A DNA stretch of 64,000 nucleotides, taken from positions 7,456,001 through 7,520,000 of the forward strand of contig CBDBDQ010000005.1 in NCBI GenBank assembly GCA_965203905.1. The letters are read 5' to 3'. The position numbers and the translations under genes are program-made. The notes under the pieces were generated by a model. The model made no database searches. It was not told the origin of the DNA and saw only the letters and a program-made list of their open reading frames with translations. This document shows positions 37,148 to 51,718 of this stretch, piece by piece. Source of the DNA: Spirochaetia bacterium (GTDB lineage Bacteria > Spirochaetota > Spirochaetia > SZUA-6 > Bin103). The stretch's first letter is position 1; each line of letters opens with the position of its first letter.

Positions 37148-38749
37148 ATGAATGGTATGAGTAGAATGTTTGGGGTGATCTGCGCGTTGTCGTTGATCTT
37201 CACTGCCGCTGCTTTCGCGGCGCCAGCTGGGGAATCGGCCGCCGGCGCCGCGCGTGCCGACCTCAACCTCGCGCTGCCGGGCGACCCCGGCAACTTCGAC
37301 CCGGCGACCAACTGGCTGCACATTCTCGCCGCGCAGCAGTTCCTGACTCTGGTGGACTGGGACTACAACCGGTCGGAGCCGGTCGCCAACGCCGCAGAGT
37401 CGTGGGCCATCTCGGACGACGGCCGCACCTACACCTTCACCCTGCGCGAGGGGCTGGTGTGGTCCGACGGGCAGCCGGTGACGGCCGCCGACTTCGAATA
37501 CTCGTTTCAGACCATCGTCGACCCGGACAGCGCGACCCCGTTCTCGTATCGCGCGTTCATCATCGAGAATGCCGCCGCGGTGAATGCCGGCGAGCAGCCG
37601 GTGTCGGCGCTCGGCGTGCAGGCGGTGGACGACCGCACCCTGACCATCACGCTGACCGAGCCGGCCACCTGGTTCCTCTCCTCGCTCAGTTCCATGGGCC
37701 ACAGCGTGCCGCGCTCGGCGCGCGAGGCGCACGGGGCCGACTGGGTGGCGCCCGAGAACATCGTGGTCAACGGCCCCTACCGGCTGGTGGAAGCGGTGCC
37801 GGAGGACCGCTACGTGCTGGAGCGCAACGACGCCTACTTCGACGCCGCCGGCGTCGACATCCCGCGGTTGACGTTCTTCGTGGTCGAGGATGCCTCCACC
37901 CAGCTGGCGATGTACGAGGCGGGCGAGCTGGACTTCATCGAGTCGATACCCCCCGGAGAGCTGGACCGCGTCAGCGCGGATGACGTGCTCGGGCCCGAGT
38001 ACTACAACGGTCCGCGCTTCGTGGTGTACTACTACTTCTTCAACGTGACCAAGGCTCCGTTCGACAACGTGCTGGTGCGCAAGGCGTTCGCGGCCGCGCT
38101 GGACAAGGAGACGGTAACCGAACGGATCACGCGCGGCGGCGAAGTGCCCGCCGGCACCATGACGCCTCCCGGCTCCACCGGTCACGTCGCCAACGAGGTC
38201 GGCATCGGCATCCCCTACGACCCGGAGCAGGCCCAGGCCTGGCTGGCGCAGGCGGGCTACCCGGACGGCCAGGGCCTGCCGGAGATCGAACTGGGCTTCA
38301 ACGCCAGCCAGCTGCACCAGAACATCGCCCAGGCGATTCAGAAGATGTGGCAGGACACCCTCGGCGCGAACGTGTCGTTGCGCAGCGTCGAAGGTCGCGC
38401 CTACTCGGTGAACGCGGCGCAGGGCGCCCACAACGTGTGGCGCATGGGCTGGGGCATGGACTACCCCGATGCCCACAACATCCACATGGAGCTGTTTCAC
38501 AGCAGCGTCGGCCAGCCGGCCACGTTCAAGAACGCGGAGTACGACAGCATCATCGAGCGCGCCGCGGTGGAACGCGACCTGGCCACCCGCCAGCAGTTGT
38601 ACCAGGACGCCGAGCGCATCCTGGTGCAGGATGAGGCGGGGATAATCCCGATCTACTGGTACGCGGACAATTCGCTGACCAAGGGCTACGTGGAACGGCC
38701 GGTAACGCCGCAATTCATGAAGCTGTTCAAGGAGTGGATGATCAACTGA
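37148..38749 (+). CDS. oppA: Oligopeptide ABC transporter substrate-binding protein
   Basis: AESWAISDDGRTYTFTLR..WSDG.PVTAADF, NGPY, PFDNVLVRKA, WGMDYPD. Confidence 0.92.
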   Translation: MNGMSRMFGVICALSLIFTAAAFAAPAGESAAGAARADLNLALPGDPGNFDPATNWLHILAAQQFLTLVDWDYNRSEPVANAAESWAISDDGRTYTFTLREGLVWSDGQPVTAADFEYSFQTIVDPDSATPFSYRAFIIENAAAVNAGEQPVSALGVQAVDDRTLTITLTEPATWFLSSLSSMGHSVPRSAREAHGADWVAPENIVVNGPYRLVEAVPEDRYVLERNDAYFDAAGVDIPRLTFFVVEDASTQLAMYEAGELDFIESIPPGELDRVSADDVLGPEYYNGPRFVVYYYFFNVTKAPFDNVLVRKAFAAALDKETVTERITRGGEVPAGTMTPPGSTGHVANEVGIGIPYDPEQAQAWLAQAGYPDGQGLPEIELGFNASQLHQNIAQAIQKMWQDTLGANVSLRSVEGRAYSVNAAQGAHNVWRMGWGMDYPDAHNIHMELFHSSVGQPATFKNAEYDSIIERAAVERDLATRQQLYQDAERILVQDEAGIIPIYWYADNSLTKGYVERPVTPQFMKLFKEWMIN

Positions 38750-38834
38750 GCGCACGCGGGCGCGCCCGGCGCCGCAGGCGACACGCGGCCAGCGCGCCGG
38801 TGAGCCTGCCGCCGCGGCGCGCCGAGCGATTCTC

Positions 38835-39761
38835 GTGCTGACCTACCTGCTGCGCCGCCTGTTGTGGCTGGTGCCGGTGCTGCTGGTGATCTCGGTGGTC
38901 ACCTTCTTCCTGATGCACTCGATCCCGGGCAACCCGTTCGACCAGGAGGACAAGCCGCTGCCGCCGGAAGTGGTCGCCCGGCTGGAGGCGCACTACCACC
39001 TGGACGAGCCGGTGTGGCGGCAGTACCTCCGTTATATGGGCGGTGCCCTGCGCGGCGACCTCGGTCCCTCCTACCTGTACAAGGACCGCAGCGTGAACGA
39101 GATCATCGCCCGGCACTTCCCGGTATCGTTCGTGCTCGGTGCGCTGGCCCTGGGCGTGGCCGTGGTGATTGGCGTGCCGCTCGGCATCGTGTCCGCGCTG
39201 CGGCAGAACACGACCGCCGACTACGTGGCGATGTTCGTGGCCGTGTCGGGGGTATCGGTGCCGGCGCTGACCCTGGGGCCGCTGCTGATCTGGGGGCTGG
39301 CGCTGCAACTGGGACTGCTGCCGGTGGCGCGCTGGGGGTCGTGGCAGCAGGCGGTGATGCCGGCCTTTACCCTCGGCATCGGTCAGGCCGCCATCCTCGC
39401 CCGGCTGACGCGAGCCAGCATGCTGCAGGTGATCCGCGAGGACTACGTGCGCACGGCGCGCGCCAAGGGGGTACGCGAACGGCGGGTGATCGTCCACCAC
39501 GCGCTGCGCAACGCCCTGATCCCGGTGGTGACGGTCCTCGGTCCGCTGTTCGCGGCGCTGGTGACCGGATCCATGGTAGTGGAGCAGATCTTCGCCATCC
39601 CGGGCCTCGGCGATTTCTACGTGGGGGCGGTGGGCGATCGCGACTACCCGGTGATCATGGGCACCACGCTGCTGTATGCGGCGGTACTGGTGATCGCCAA
39701 CCTGGCGGTGGACCTGGCCTACTCCTGGATCGACCCGCGCATCCGCCTGGAGGCGTCGTAG
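38835..39761 (+). CDS. oppB: Oligopeptide ABC transporter permease
   Basis: YLLRRLL, GDLGPSY, DYVRTARAKG, HALRNALIP, DPRIR. Confidence 0.93.
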   Translation: MLTYLLRRLLWLVPVLLVISVVTFFLMHSIPGNPFDQEDKPLPPEVVARLEAHYHLDEPVWRQYLRYMGGALRGDLGPSYLYKDRSVNEIIARHFPVSFVLGALALGVAVVIGVPLGIVSALRQNTTADYVAMFVAVSGVSVPALTLGPLLIWGLALQLGLLPVARWGSWQQAVMPAFTLGIGQAAILARLTRASMLQVIREDYVRTARAKGVRERRVIVHHALRNALIPVVTVLGPLFAALVTGSMVVEQIFAIPGLGDFYVGAVGDRDYPVIMGTTLLYAAVLVIANLAVDLAYSWIDPRIRLEAS

Positions 39762-39762
39762 C

Positions 39763-40733
39763 GTGCCCGGCGCCGGCGGCGCGCGGCCGGAGGTCACCGC
39801 GGCGCGCCGCAAGCCCGGCCGCGGCGGCGAGAGCCTGTGGATTGACGCCTGGCGGCGGCTGCTCGGCAACCGGCTCGCGGTAGCCGGCGGCGCCGTGGTG
39901 GTGGTGCTGCTGGCGGCGGCCGCGCTGGCACCGCTGCTTGCTCCGAGCCACTACGCCGCCGGCGACTTCGAGGCTACCTTTGCGCGGCCGGGCGGCGAGT
40001 TCGTGCTGGGAGCGGACTTCCTTGGCCGCGACCTGCTGTCGCGGCTGATCTACGGCGCGCGCATCTCCCTGACCGTGGGGATCCTGGGGGCGCTCACCGC
40101 GTTCCTGATCGGGGTCGCCTATGGCACCGTGGCCGGCTATGCCGGCGGCCGCGTCGACAACGCGATGATGCGTATCGTCGACATGCTGTACGCATTTCCG
40201 AGCCTGTTGTTCATCATTCTGCTTCTGGTGGTGTTCAAGCTCGGCTTTGGCCAGCGCGAGGACCCGAGCGCCGTGGTGCGCGCGGTGGTGTCGGTGGACC
40301 GCGCCATGGGCGGCATGCTGTTCATCCTGGCCGGGATCAGCTTCACCTCGTGGGTGGGTCTGGCGCGGCTGGCGCGCGGCATGGCGCTGTCGCTGCGCGA
40401 GACCGAGTTCGTGCAGGCCGCCCGCGCCCTCGGCGCCCGGCCGGAACGCATCATCGTGCGCCACCTGCTGCCCAACCTGGTCGGCCCGGGCATCGTGCAG
40501 GTGACCCTCATGATCCCCGGACTGATCGCCACCGAGGCGTTCCTGAGCTTCATCGGACTCGGCGTCGATCCGCCCACGCCCAGTTGGGGTGCGATGATCT
40601 CCGAAGGCATCTCCAGCATGCGTTCCCACCCGCACCTGGCCATCTTTCCCGGCATCGCCCTGGCGGTGACCATGCTGTGCTTCAACTTCCTGGGCGACGG
40701 ACTGCGCGACGCCCTCGATCCGCGGATGAAGGT

Positions 40734-40737
<4 letters not shown>
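39763..40737 (+). CDS. oppC: Oligopeptide ABC transporter permease
   Basis: [53 protein letters not shown]. Confidence 0.93.
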
Positions 40738-42857
<2,120 letters not shown>

Positions 42858-42900
42858 CCGGCCACGCAGACGCCGGGCCCGGTGCGTCGTCCTGGCCGTC

Positions 42901-43956
42901 CTAACAGCGGCAGTGTGAGGTCAACTCCTGGGCCCGCGCGAGGAAGTGGCGCATGAGGGCGATGTTGCCCTCGATGTCGTCCCAGTGGGCAAGCTGCACC
43001 GTGGAGTGCATGTAGCGCACCGGCACTCCGATGGTGCACGCCAAGGCGCCGGAGCGGGTGCGCTGCATCGCCGATGCGTCGGTGCCGCCCCACATGGTCA
43101 CCTGGTAGGCGATCTGGTGACGGCGCGCGGTATCCACCAGCAGGTGATAGAGCGGGCGGTCCGAGATGGTGAGCCGGTCGAAGCGATAGATGCCGACCCC
43201 GGCTCCGAGTCGGGTGTACTGCAGATCGTCGCGCGCGTAGGGGACGTCCGACGACACCGAACCGTCCAGGGCCACACCCACGTCCGGATCGATCTCGTAC
43301 GCGGCGACGGCGGCGCCGCGCACCCCGACCTCCTCCTGCGTGGTACCGACCGCGTAGAGGTCCACCGCCAGGTCGCCCAGCTCGCGAAACATCTCCACCA
43401 GTACGTAGACGCCTATCCGGTCGTCGAAGTTGCGCGCCACCACCACGCGGTCGTTCAGGGTGGCGAAGTGCGCGGCCAGGGTGACGTAGTCCCCAATCTC
43501 CACCCGCGCGCGCACCGTGTCGCCGGGCAGCCCGGTGTCGAGCACCAGTTGCTCGAGCGGGGTGACGCGGCGCCGCTCGTCGTCGCTCTCGATCCAGTTG
43601 GGGATCGGGGCAAACACCGCGCCCACGCGCTGGCGGCCGTGGATCGTTGCCCGCTGCGACACCAGGGTACGCGGGTCGAAGCCGCCCACCGGCTGCACCC
43701 GGATGAAGCCGCGTTCGTCGATCGCCTTCACCATGAACCCGATCTCGTCCATGTGGGCGGCCACCATCACCTTCAGCGGCGGCGAATCGCCCCTGCGTCG
43801 AGTCGCTCGGCGCACCGCGATCAGGTTACCCAGCCGGTCGACGCGTAGCTCGTCGGCGTGCGGCGCCATCTCGTTCCGCGCCAGATCGCGCACCTCGTCT
43901 TCCCAGCCCGACACCCCCGGCGCATCGCACAACGCGCGCAGCAACCTCTCGTTCAT
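42901..43956 (-). CDS. M42 family metallo-aminopeptidase
   Basis: APGVSGWE, AAHMDEIG, FDDRIG, TQEEVG.RGA, GGTDA, RYMHS. Confidence 0.92.
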   Translation of the reverse strand: MNERLLRALCDAPGVSGWEDEVRDLARNEMAPHADELRVDRLGNLIAVRRATRRRGDSPPLKVMVAAHMDEIGFMVKAIDERGFIRVQPVGGFDPRTLVSQRATIHGRQRVGAVFAPIPNWIESDDERRRVTPLEQLVLDTGLPGDTVRARVEIGDYVTLAAHFATLNDRVVVARNFDDRIGVYVLVEMFRELGDLAVDLYAVGTTQEEVGVRGAAVAAYEIDPDVGVALDGSVSSDVPYARDDLQYTRLGAGVGIYRFDRLTISDRPLYHLLVDTARRHQIAYQVTMWGGTDASAMQRTRSGALACTIGVPVRYMHSTVQLAHWDDIEGNIALMRHFLARAQELTSHCRC

Positions 43957-44093
43957 GAGTCCATCTTTACCCCAGACCGAGAGAACTTCACATACGGCCG
44001 GGGCGGTTGGCCCGCTACGCAGCCCAGGCCCTGTTTTGCCGCTGGCTGCGCTCGGCCCTTATCTTCGCAATGGAGAAAGCGAAGAGGCCACGG

Positions 44094-46733
<2,640 letters not shown>

Positions 46734-46752
46734 CGTTCGACGCTCCCGGTAC

Positions 46753-47510
46753 TCATGGAGACAACAAAACGATTTGCCCCTTGGTCACGTCACTGTAGCG
46801 ACCGTCAAGGGCGTCACGGAGCTCGCTCTCGGGTTCTCCAATAGCCTTGAAGATCCAGGCAAACATTGTCCGCAAGGAAGAGCACGTGTCTTCTCGCGAC
46901 AGCACATGGCATATCGAGAGCCTCCCAATGATCCGGCACCCGTCTTCTACCACGTCAAAGCCGGGACACAGGTTCTTCATTCGACTCTTTGGATTATCGA
47001 TCGTCTCGACGTCTCCATCATAGTCATCGAGTTTGGTGTTGAGTGCTGAATTGATGGCCTGGCTGTCCGCAAAATAATAGGCTTCGAGCATGTTGACCAG
47101 AAAGTGCACCGATGCTCGCCGCGACTGACTTTCGGTGAGAATCGTATCGAGCGCGAGGCGATAGCGATCGAATATCTCTACAGCGCTGTTGGACCGGTCC
47201 GCTTCGAGATCATCCACCAGGATGAGAAATTTATCATCGGACGAGAGGTAACCACGAGCTGGTAAACCAATCTCGGCTTCGTCCCTGTCGGGGATCTTCT
47301 TGCCCTGTCCGACCATCTTAAGAAGGCGTTTTTTTACGTAATCTGAGATCGTTGACCGATCCTTCGGATCACTCCGAAGGTGCACATTCCGGTTGCTGCA
47401 GCCAACCGGAAGAAATCCGGCAAACAATTCTCTTCGGTCTTTCCGGTGACGATCAGGCCGAACCGAATGAACCGCCAAGGAGAACCGGTGTCTCCATCGG
47501 AAAAGCTCAT
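46753..47510 (-). pseudogene. DUF4276/RloB-like protein, frameshifted near 47329-47336
   Basis: Frame 1 from ATG 47510 (FGLIVTGKTEE...GQRSQIT*) stops at TAA inside an A7 run. Frame 2 continues KKRLLKMVG...ILVDDLE...MLEAYYFAD...ETIDNPK. Confidence 0.72.
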
Positions 47511-48691
47511 ACCTCGTTCGCTTCGGAGATGGCTGGTCCCTGCCTTGCAATCGCTTCCGCCATGTACAGCGAACCAGCGGCATAGTCCGCGAGCAAATCC
47601 TGAATCTCGCTGATCTCGGACAGGCGATCGAACCTCGCGCGACCATCTTCCACTCCCGCGACCAAGACCTCGTGCGGCTCGAACTGGCTGATCAGAACTG
47701 GCGAATGCGTCGCGAGAAACACCTGCTTGTTCCACTTCTCGGCAGCAAGCTTGACAGCCCGCGCAAACACCACTATAGCCCACGGATGTAACGAAGTTTC
47801 CGGCTCGTCAAACAATAGGACCGACTCCCGATGCCCCTCCGAAAACAAAGCAAGGAGCAGAAGAAGCAGTTGCACGACCCCATCGGAAACGCCAGATGCA
47901 AGTATACCATCGCGTCGTCCTTTCTCCATGAAGCTGGCGTATACCGATGTCGGCCCCGTCTGTTCGAGCTCGATGTCATCGAACAGAGGGAATGCTTCAG
48001 CCATGTGGCGCATGACCGTAACGTAGCGCTCATCACGATTTCGCTTGTCTTGAAGGTTCCTGAGCACGGACCAAGCGTTGTTTCCAGGGTCCCAAAGCCT
48101 CGTGTGATGACTGCTCTCTGATCCTGTCCGCTTGAGGAGACGCAGGTTGAATAACCGTGAATGGTACAAACGAACGTAGCGGAGCAACCGGTCGAGATGC
48201 CCCGCCTCTTCGTCGCCATGATTGAAATCCAGGAAGAGGCCGAGGGTCAGCTTTTCCGGTTCGCGTAAAGGAATTTGCTGTGCCTGTCCGATTTCGGTAT
48301 GAAACAGTGAGGCCTGGTCCGAACCCGGCTTCCTCTCGATGAGTGCCATGTTGCGCGAAGATGACGACAGCCGCTCACCCGGAAATGGATCGATCCTACC
48401 CGCTGAGAGACTAAACGAGACGCCGTACGTGATGTCGCCATCGGTCAGGTCGAGTGCGATGCGCTGGTTCTCGACGGCTCCATCCCAGAGAATACCAATC
48501 CCGTGGTCGCGCTCGGAAGACGCAACTTCCACACCGCGGATCGCACAATCTCGAAAGAAATAAATTGAATCGAGCAGCGTAGACTTGCCAGCTCCGTTTG
48601 GCCCGAACACAACATTGATAGGGCCCACAGGGAGCTCGACGTTGGCGAGAGCGCGATAGTTCTGCACGCGAATACTTGAAAGTCCAGCCAA
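47507..48691 (-). CDS. AAA/ABC-type ATPase (AAA_21-like) of a putative defence/TA pair
   Basis: IRVQNYRAL, GPNGAGKS, VSDG signature, LLFDEPETSLHP, LATHSP; GGAGGT before TTG. Confidence 0.88.
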   Translation of the reverse strand: MAGLSSIRVQNYRALANVELPVGPINVVFGPNGAGKSTLLDSIYFFRDCAIRGVEVASSERDHGIGILWDGAVENQRIALDLTDGDITYGVSFSLSAGRIDPFPGERLSSSSRNMALIERKPGSDQASLFHTEIGQAQQIPLREPEKLTLGLFLDFNHGDEEAGHLDRLLRYVRLYHSRLFNLRLLKRTGSESSHHTRLWDPGNNAWSVLRNLQDKRNRDERYVTVMRHMAEAFPLFDDIELEQTGPTSVYASFMEKGRRDGILASGVSDGVVQLLLLLLALFSEGHRESVLLFDEPETSLHPWAIVVFARAVKLAAEKWNKQVFLATHSPVLISQFEPHEVLVAGVEDGRARFDRLSEISEIQDLLADYAAGSLYMAEAIARQGPAISEANEV

Positions 48692-48865
48692 TAGATTACC
48701 TCCACTGTCTTGATCTGCGATGCCAGCTCCCGTTGCGAAGTAGGAATCTCGTCCGCCGCCAAGTGGCTGAGTCGAGAGTATACTAGTTCACGACAAGTCC
48801 CGCAGGATCTGCCGAGCACGTGCTCGCGCGGCGCCTAATCTCCGCGACTGCGCGCAGACGGTATG

Positions 48866-49495
48866 CTATTTGCTGGAGCGCGCGCGCTTCAGCAGTGGTG
48901 CCACGATGCGATAGCCGAGCAGGAGCGCCCCGGCGACCATGTAGGCCGCGAGCTGGAAGGTGATTTCCTTGACTTGCAGCAGGTAGTGCACGACGCCGAG
49001 GATGAGCGCGGGATGCACCAGCCAGTGCAGCACGCGCCAGCGCTTGCCCAGGGCGCGGATCCAGCCCGTGGTGGAGGTGATCGCCAACGGGATCAGCAGC
49101 AGGAACGAAGCCAGCCCCACGATGATGAACAGCGACTCGGTGACGTCGATCAGCATGAACTCCAGGTTCAGCCGGAAGTCCAGGTACGCGTACACCAGGA
49201 GGTGGACGCAGACGTAGTAGAACGCCGCCAGGCCGAGGGGCCGGCGATAGGTAATGAGCCAGTTCCAGCCGGTCAACTCGCGCGCCGGCGTGACGGCGAG
49301 CGTGACCAGCAGCAGCCTGATGCCCCAGTTCCCGGTGTCGAGGGTAAAGTCCCCGATCGCGTCCACCCCGAACTGGTCGGTGTAGTAGCGCACCAGGGCC
49401 ACCGCCAACGGCACCATGGTCAGCGGCAGGACCACGAACTTGGCGCGCTTGGCGACCTGCGTCGGACTCCGCCGTTTCCGTTTCGCGTCCGCCAT
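48866..49495 (-). CDS. msrQ: Methionine sulfoxide reductase heme-binding membrane subunit
   Basis: TG.WG..LL.VTLAVTP, RRPLGL.AF.Y..VH, PLAITS, LG..WR.LH, VVHY. Confidence 0.92.
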   Translation of the reverse strand: MADAKRKRRSPTQVAKRAKFVVLPLTMVPLAVALVRYYTDQFGVDAIGDFTLDTGNWGIRLLLVTLAVTPARELTGWNWLITYRRPLGLAAFYYVCVHLLVYAYLDFRLNLEFMLIDVTESLFIIVGLASFLLLIPLAITSTTGWIRALGKRWRVLHWLVHPALILGVVHYLLQVKEITFQLAAYMVAGALLLGYRIVAPLLKRARSSK

Positions 49496-49507
49496 CGGTC
49501 CCGCGGC

Positions 49508-50479
49508 CTAGTGGAACTTGATCAGGTCCATTCCCTCATACATTGAGGCGACCCACTCGCCGTAGCCGTTGAACTTCACCGTCTCGCGCCGACCACCGAC
49601 GCCGATGAGGTTCTCCAGGCGCTGGCTCCAGCGGGGATGGGACCGCTCGGGATTCACGTTCGAGTAGAAGCCGTACTCGTGCGGGGCGGCCATGGTCCAG
49701 GTACTCACCGGCTCCTCTTCCACGAACTCGATCTTGTTGATCGACTTGATGCTCTTGTAGCCGTACTTCCAGGGCACCACGATGCGGATCGGCGGGCCGT
49801 TGGGCGTCTGCAGCACATCGCCGTACATCCCCACGGTGACCAGCGTCAGGTCGTTCATGGCCTCGTCCATGCGCAGCCCCTCGACGTAGGGATAGCGGAT
49901 GGAACGGATGGCACGCGGCATCTCCTTGGCGTCGTAGTAGGTCTCGAAACGGAGGTACTTGGCGCGTGAGGTGGGCCCGTAGTCCTTGATCAGCTGGTGC
50001 AGCGGGAACCCTACCCACGGAATGATCATGGCCCACCGCTCGACGCAGCGCAGTCGATAGATGCGCTCCTCCAGCCTGTCGCGGTACCTGGCAATCAGGT
50101 CCTGGACATCGATCACGCCCGGTTTGTCCACGTGGCCGCCGATGTTGATCCGCCACGGACTGATGGTGAATCCCTCTTCTCTCCGCGGCCTGCGGCTCGA
50201 GGTCACGCCGATTTCGTAGAAGTTGTTCTTGTTGATCGCCTGCTTCAGCGTGTTCGGCGTCTCCTCGGAGTCGTAGATGCTGCCGGGAAGGCCTGGGAAC
50301 GCTCCGTTCTGGGCGAAAGCGCGCTGCACGAAGCCGGGAACTGCGGTCGCCAATCCGACGCCGGCGGCCACCGCACCGGTCTTGCGCATGAACTCCCGCC
50401 GGTTGATGAAGTGCTCGCGGTCGGTGATGTCCCACCACTTGATGTCCGCTTGGTAGTCATTGCGGTTACTCGCTGCCAT
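49508..50479 (-). CDS. msrP: Periplasmic molybdo-enzyme methionine sulfoxide reductase catalytic subunit
   Basis: Tat leader NRREF, NNFYE, ERIYRLRCVE.W, YPYVEGLRMDEAM, VPWKYGYKSIK, HPRWSQ. Confidence 0.94.
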   Translation of the reverse strand: MAASNRNDYQADIKWWDITDREHFINRREFMRKTGAVAAGVGLATAVPGFVQRAFAQNGAFPGLPGSIYDSEETPNTLKQAINKNNFYEIGVTSSRRPRREEGFTISPWRINIGGHVDKPGVIDVQDLIARYRDRLEERIYRLRCVERWAMIIPWVGFPLHQLIKDYGPTSRAKYLRFETYYDAKEMPRAIRSIRYPYVEGLRMDEAMNDLTLVTVGMYGDVLQTPNGPPIRIVVPWKYGYKSIKSINKIEFVEEEPVSTWTMAAPHEYGFYSNVNPERSHPRWSQRLENLIGVGGRRETVKFNGYGEWVASMYEGMDLIKFH

Positions 50480-50942
50480 GTGTCACCTCGTTTGCAGCAG
50501 GCGCGACCACCTGGCAGTTGACCCAGCCGGAGTCTCCCTCGGCGTAGGTCTCGCGCTTCCAGATCGGCAGCCGCTGCTTGACCTCGTCGATGATATAGCG
50601 GCAGGCGTCGAACGCCGCGGCGCGGTGCGCGGCGGCCACGCCGACCCACACCGCTATATCTCCTATGTGCAGTATACCGGAACGATGTACGCAGTGGGCG
50701 GCTATCACGTCGAACCTTCGCAGCGCCTCGGCTAGCACCCGCTCACCCTCGGCCTGGGCCAGTTCCGGATACACCTGGTACTCCAGGAGGCGCACGCCAC
50801 GGCCGTCGGCATGGTTGCGCACCCATCCCTCGAACGTCGCCAGGGCGCCGGCGGCGGGATGCGCCAGCCGCGCCTTGAGGGATCCGGGGTCGATCGCGGC
50901 AGCGGCGAGCGTGAAGCGCGCCCCCGGCGGCGAGTCGGTCAT
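50466..50942 (-). CDS. moaE: Molybdopterin synthase catalytic subunit
   Basis: GALATFEGWVRN, HRSG.L.IG, AHRAAAF.AC...D.VK..LPIWKRE. Confidence 0.93.
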   Translation of the reverse strand: MTDSPPGARFTLAAAAIDPGSLKARLAHPAAGALATFEGWVRNHADGRGVRLLEYQVYPELAQAEGERVLAEALRRFDVIAAHCVHRSGILHIGDIAVWVGVAAAHRAAAFDACRYIIDEVKQRLPIWKRETYAEGDSGWVNCQVVAPAANEVTHGSE

Positions 50943-50943
50943 A

Positions 50944-51204
50944 TCAACCTCCGGCCACCGGGGGAATGAACACTACCAGGTCGCCCGCCGCAAGCCGCGT
51001 GTCCCAGTCCGCGAAGCCGGCGTTGATCGCCACCCGCAGCCGCTCCGGCGGCAGCGAAAAGCGATAGCGCTCCCGCAGCTCGGCGTACAGCTCGCCCGCC
51101 GTCGCGCTGGCGGTGACCACCCGCTCCTCGGCACAACCGGCTTCGTCGCGCAGCAGCGCGTAGTAGTGCACGCGCACGTCGTGACCGGCGCCAGGCTCAG
51201 CCAC
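50944..51204 (-). CDS. moaD: Molybdopterin synthase sulfur carrier
   Basis: VHYYALLRD.AG, VAIN, C-terminal FIPPVAGG. Confidence 0.92.
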   Translation of the reverse strand: MAEPGAGHDVRVHYYALLRDEAGCAEERVVTASATAGELYAELRERYRFSLPPERLRVAINAGFADWDTRLAAGDLVVFIPPVAGG

Positions 51205-51712
51205 CGGCCGCCTCGGCGGCCCGGTAGTCGCTCTTGCCGCCGCTCTTCTCCAGCAGGCGCACCTCGCGGATGACAATGTCGTGCGACAGCGCCTTGCACA
51301 TGTCGTAGATGGTGAGAGCCGCCACGGTGGCGCCGGTGAGCGCCTCCATCTCGACGCCGGTCTTGTGCTCTACGGCGGCGGCGCAGGTCACCACCGCATT
51401 GCCGGCAGCATCGAGCTGCACCGTGACGTCACAGCGGTCGAGGCCGATCGGGTGACACAGCGGGATCAGCTCGGCGGTGCGCTTGGCCGCCATGATGCCG
51501 GCGGTGATCGCGGTCTGGAACACCGGTCCCTTGGCGCCATGCAGCTCGCCGTCGTGCAGCAGCGCTCGCACCACATCCGGCAGCACCACCTCCGCGCGGG
51601 CGCGCGCGCGGCGGGCGCTGCGTGGCTTGGCGCCGACATCCACCATCAGCGGCTGGCCGGCAGCGGAGACGTGTGACAACCTCGGTTCAGGCCCGGCAAC
51701 TGGTTCGGACAC
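51197..51712 (-). CDS. moaC: Cyclic pyranopterin monophosphate synthase
   Basis: LSH, MVDVGAK, AGIMAAKRT.ELIPLCHP, TGVEMEALTG, YDMCKA, KSGGKS. Confidence 0.95.
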   Translation of the reverse strand: MSEPVAGPEPRLSHVSAAGQPLMVDVGAKPRSARRARARAEVVLPDVVRALLHDGELHGAKGPVFQTAITAGIMAAKRTAELIPLCHPIGLDRCDVTVQLDAAGNAVVTCAAAVEHKTGVEMEALTGATVAALTIYDMCKALSHDIVIREVRLLEKSGGKSDYRAAEAAGG

Positions 51713-51718
51713 CCGCCA

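Noticed and set aside
38750-38834. GC-rich possible stem-loop between oppA and oppB as an ncRNA or REP element
   Set aside because: No second copy noticed; more simply an mRNA-stabilising hairpin or chance pairing.
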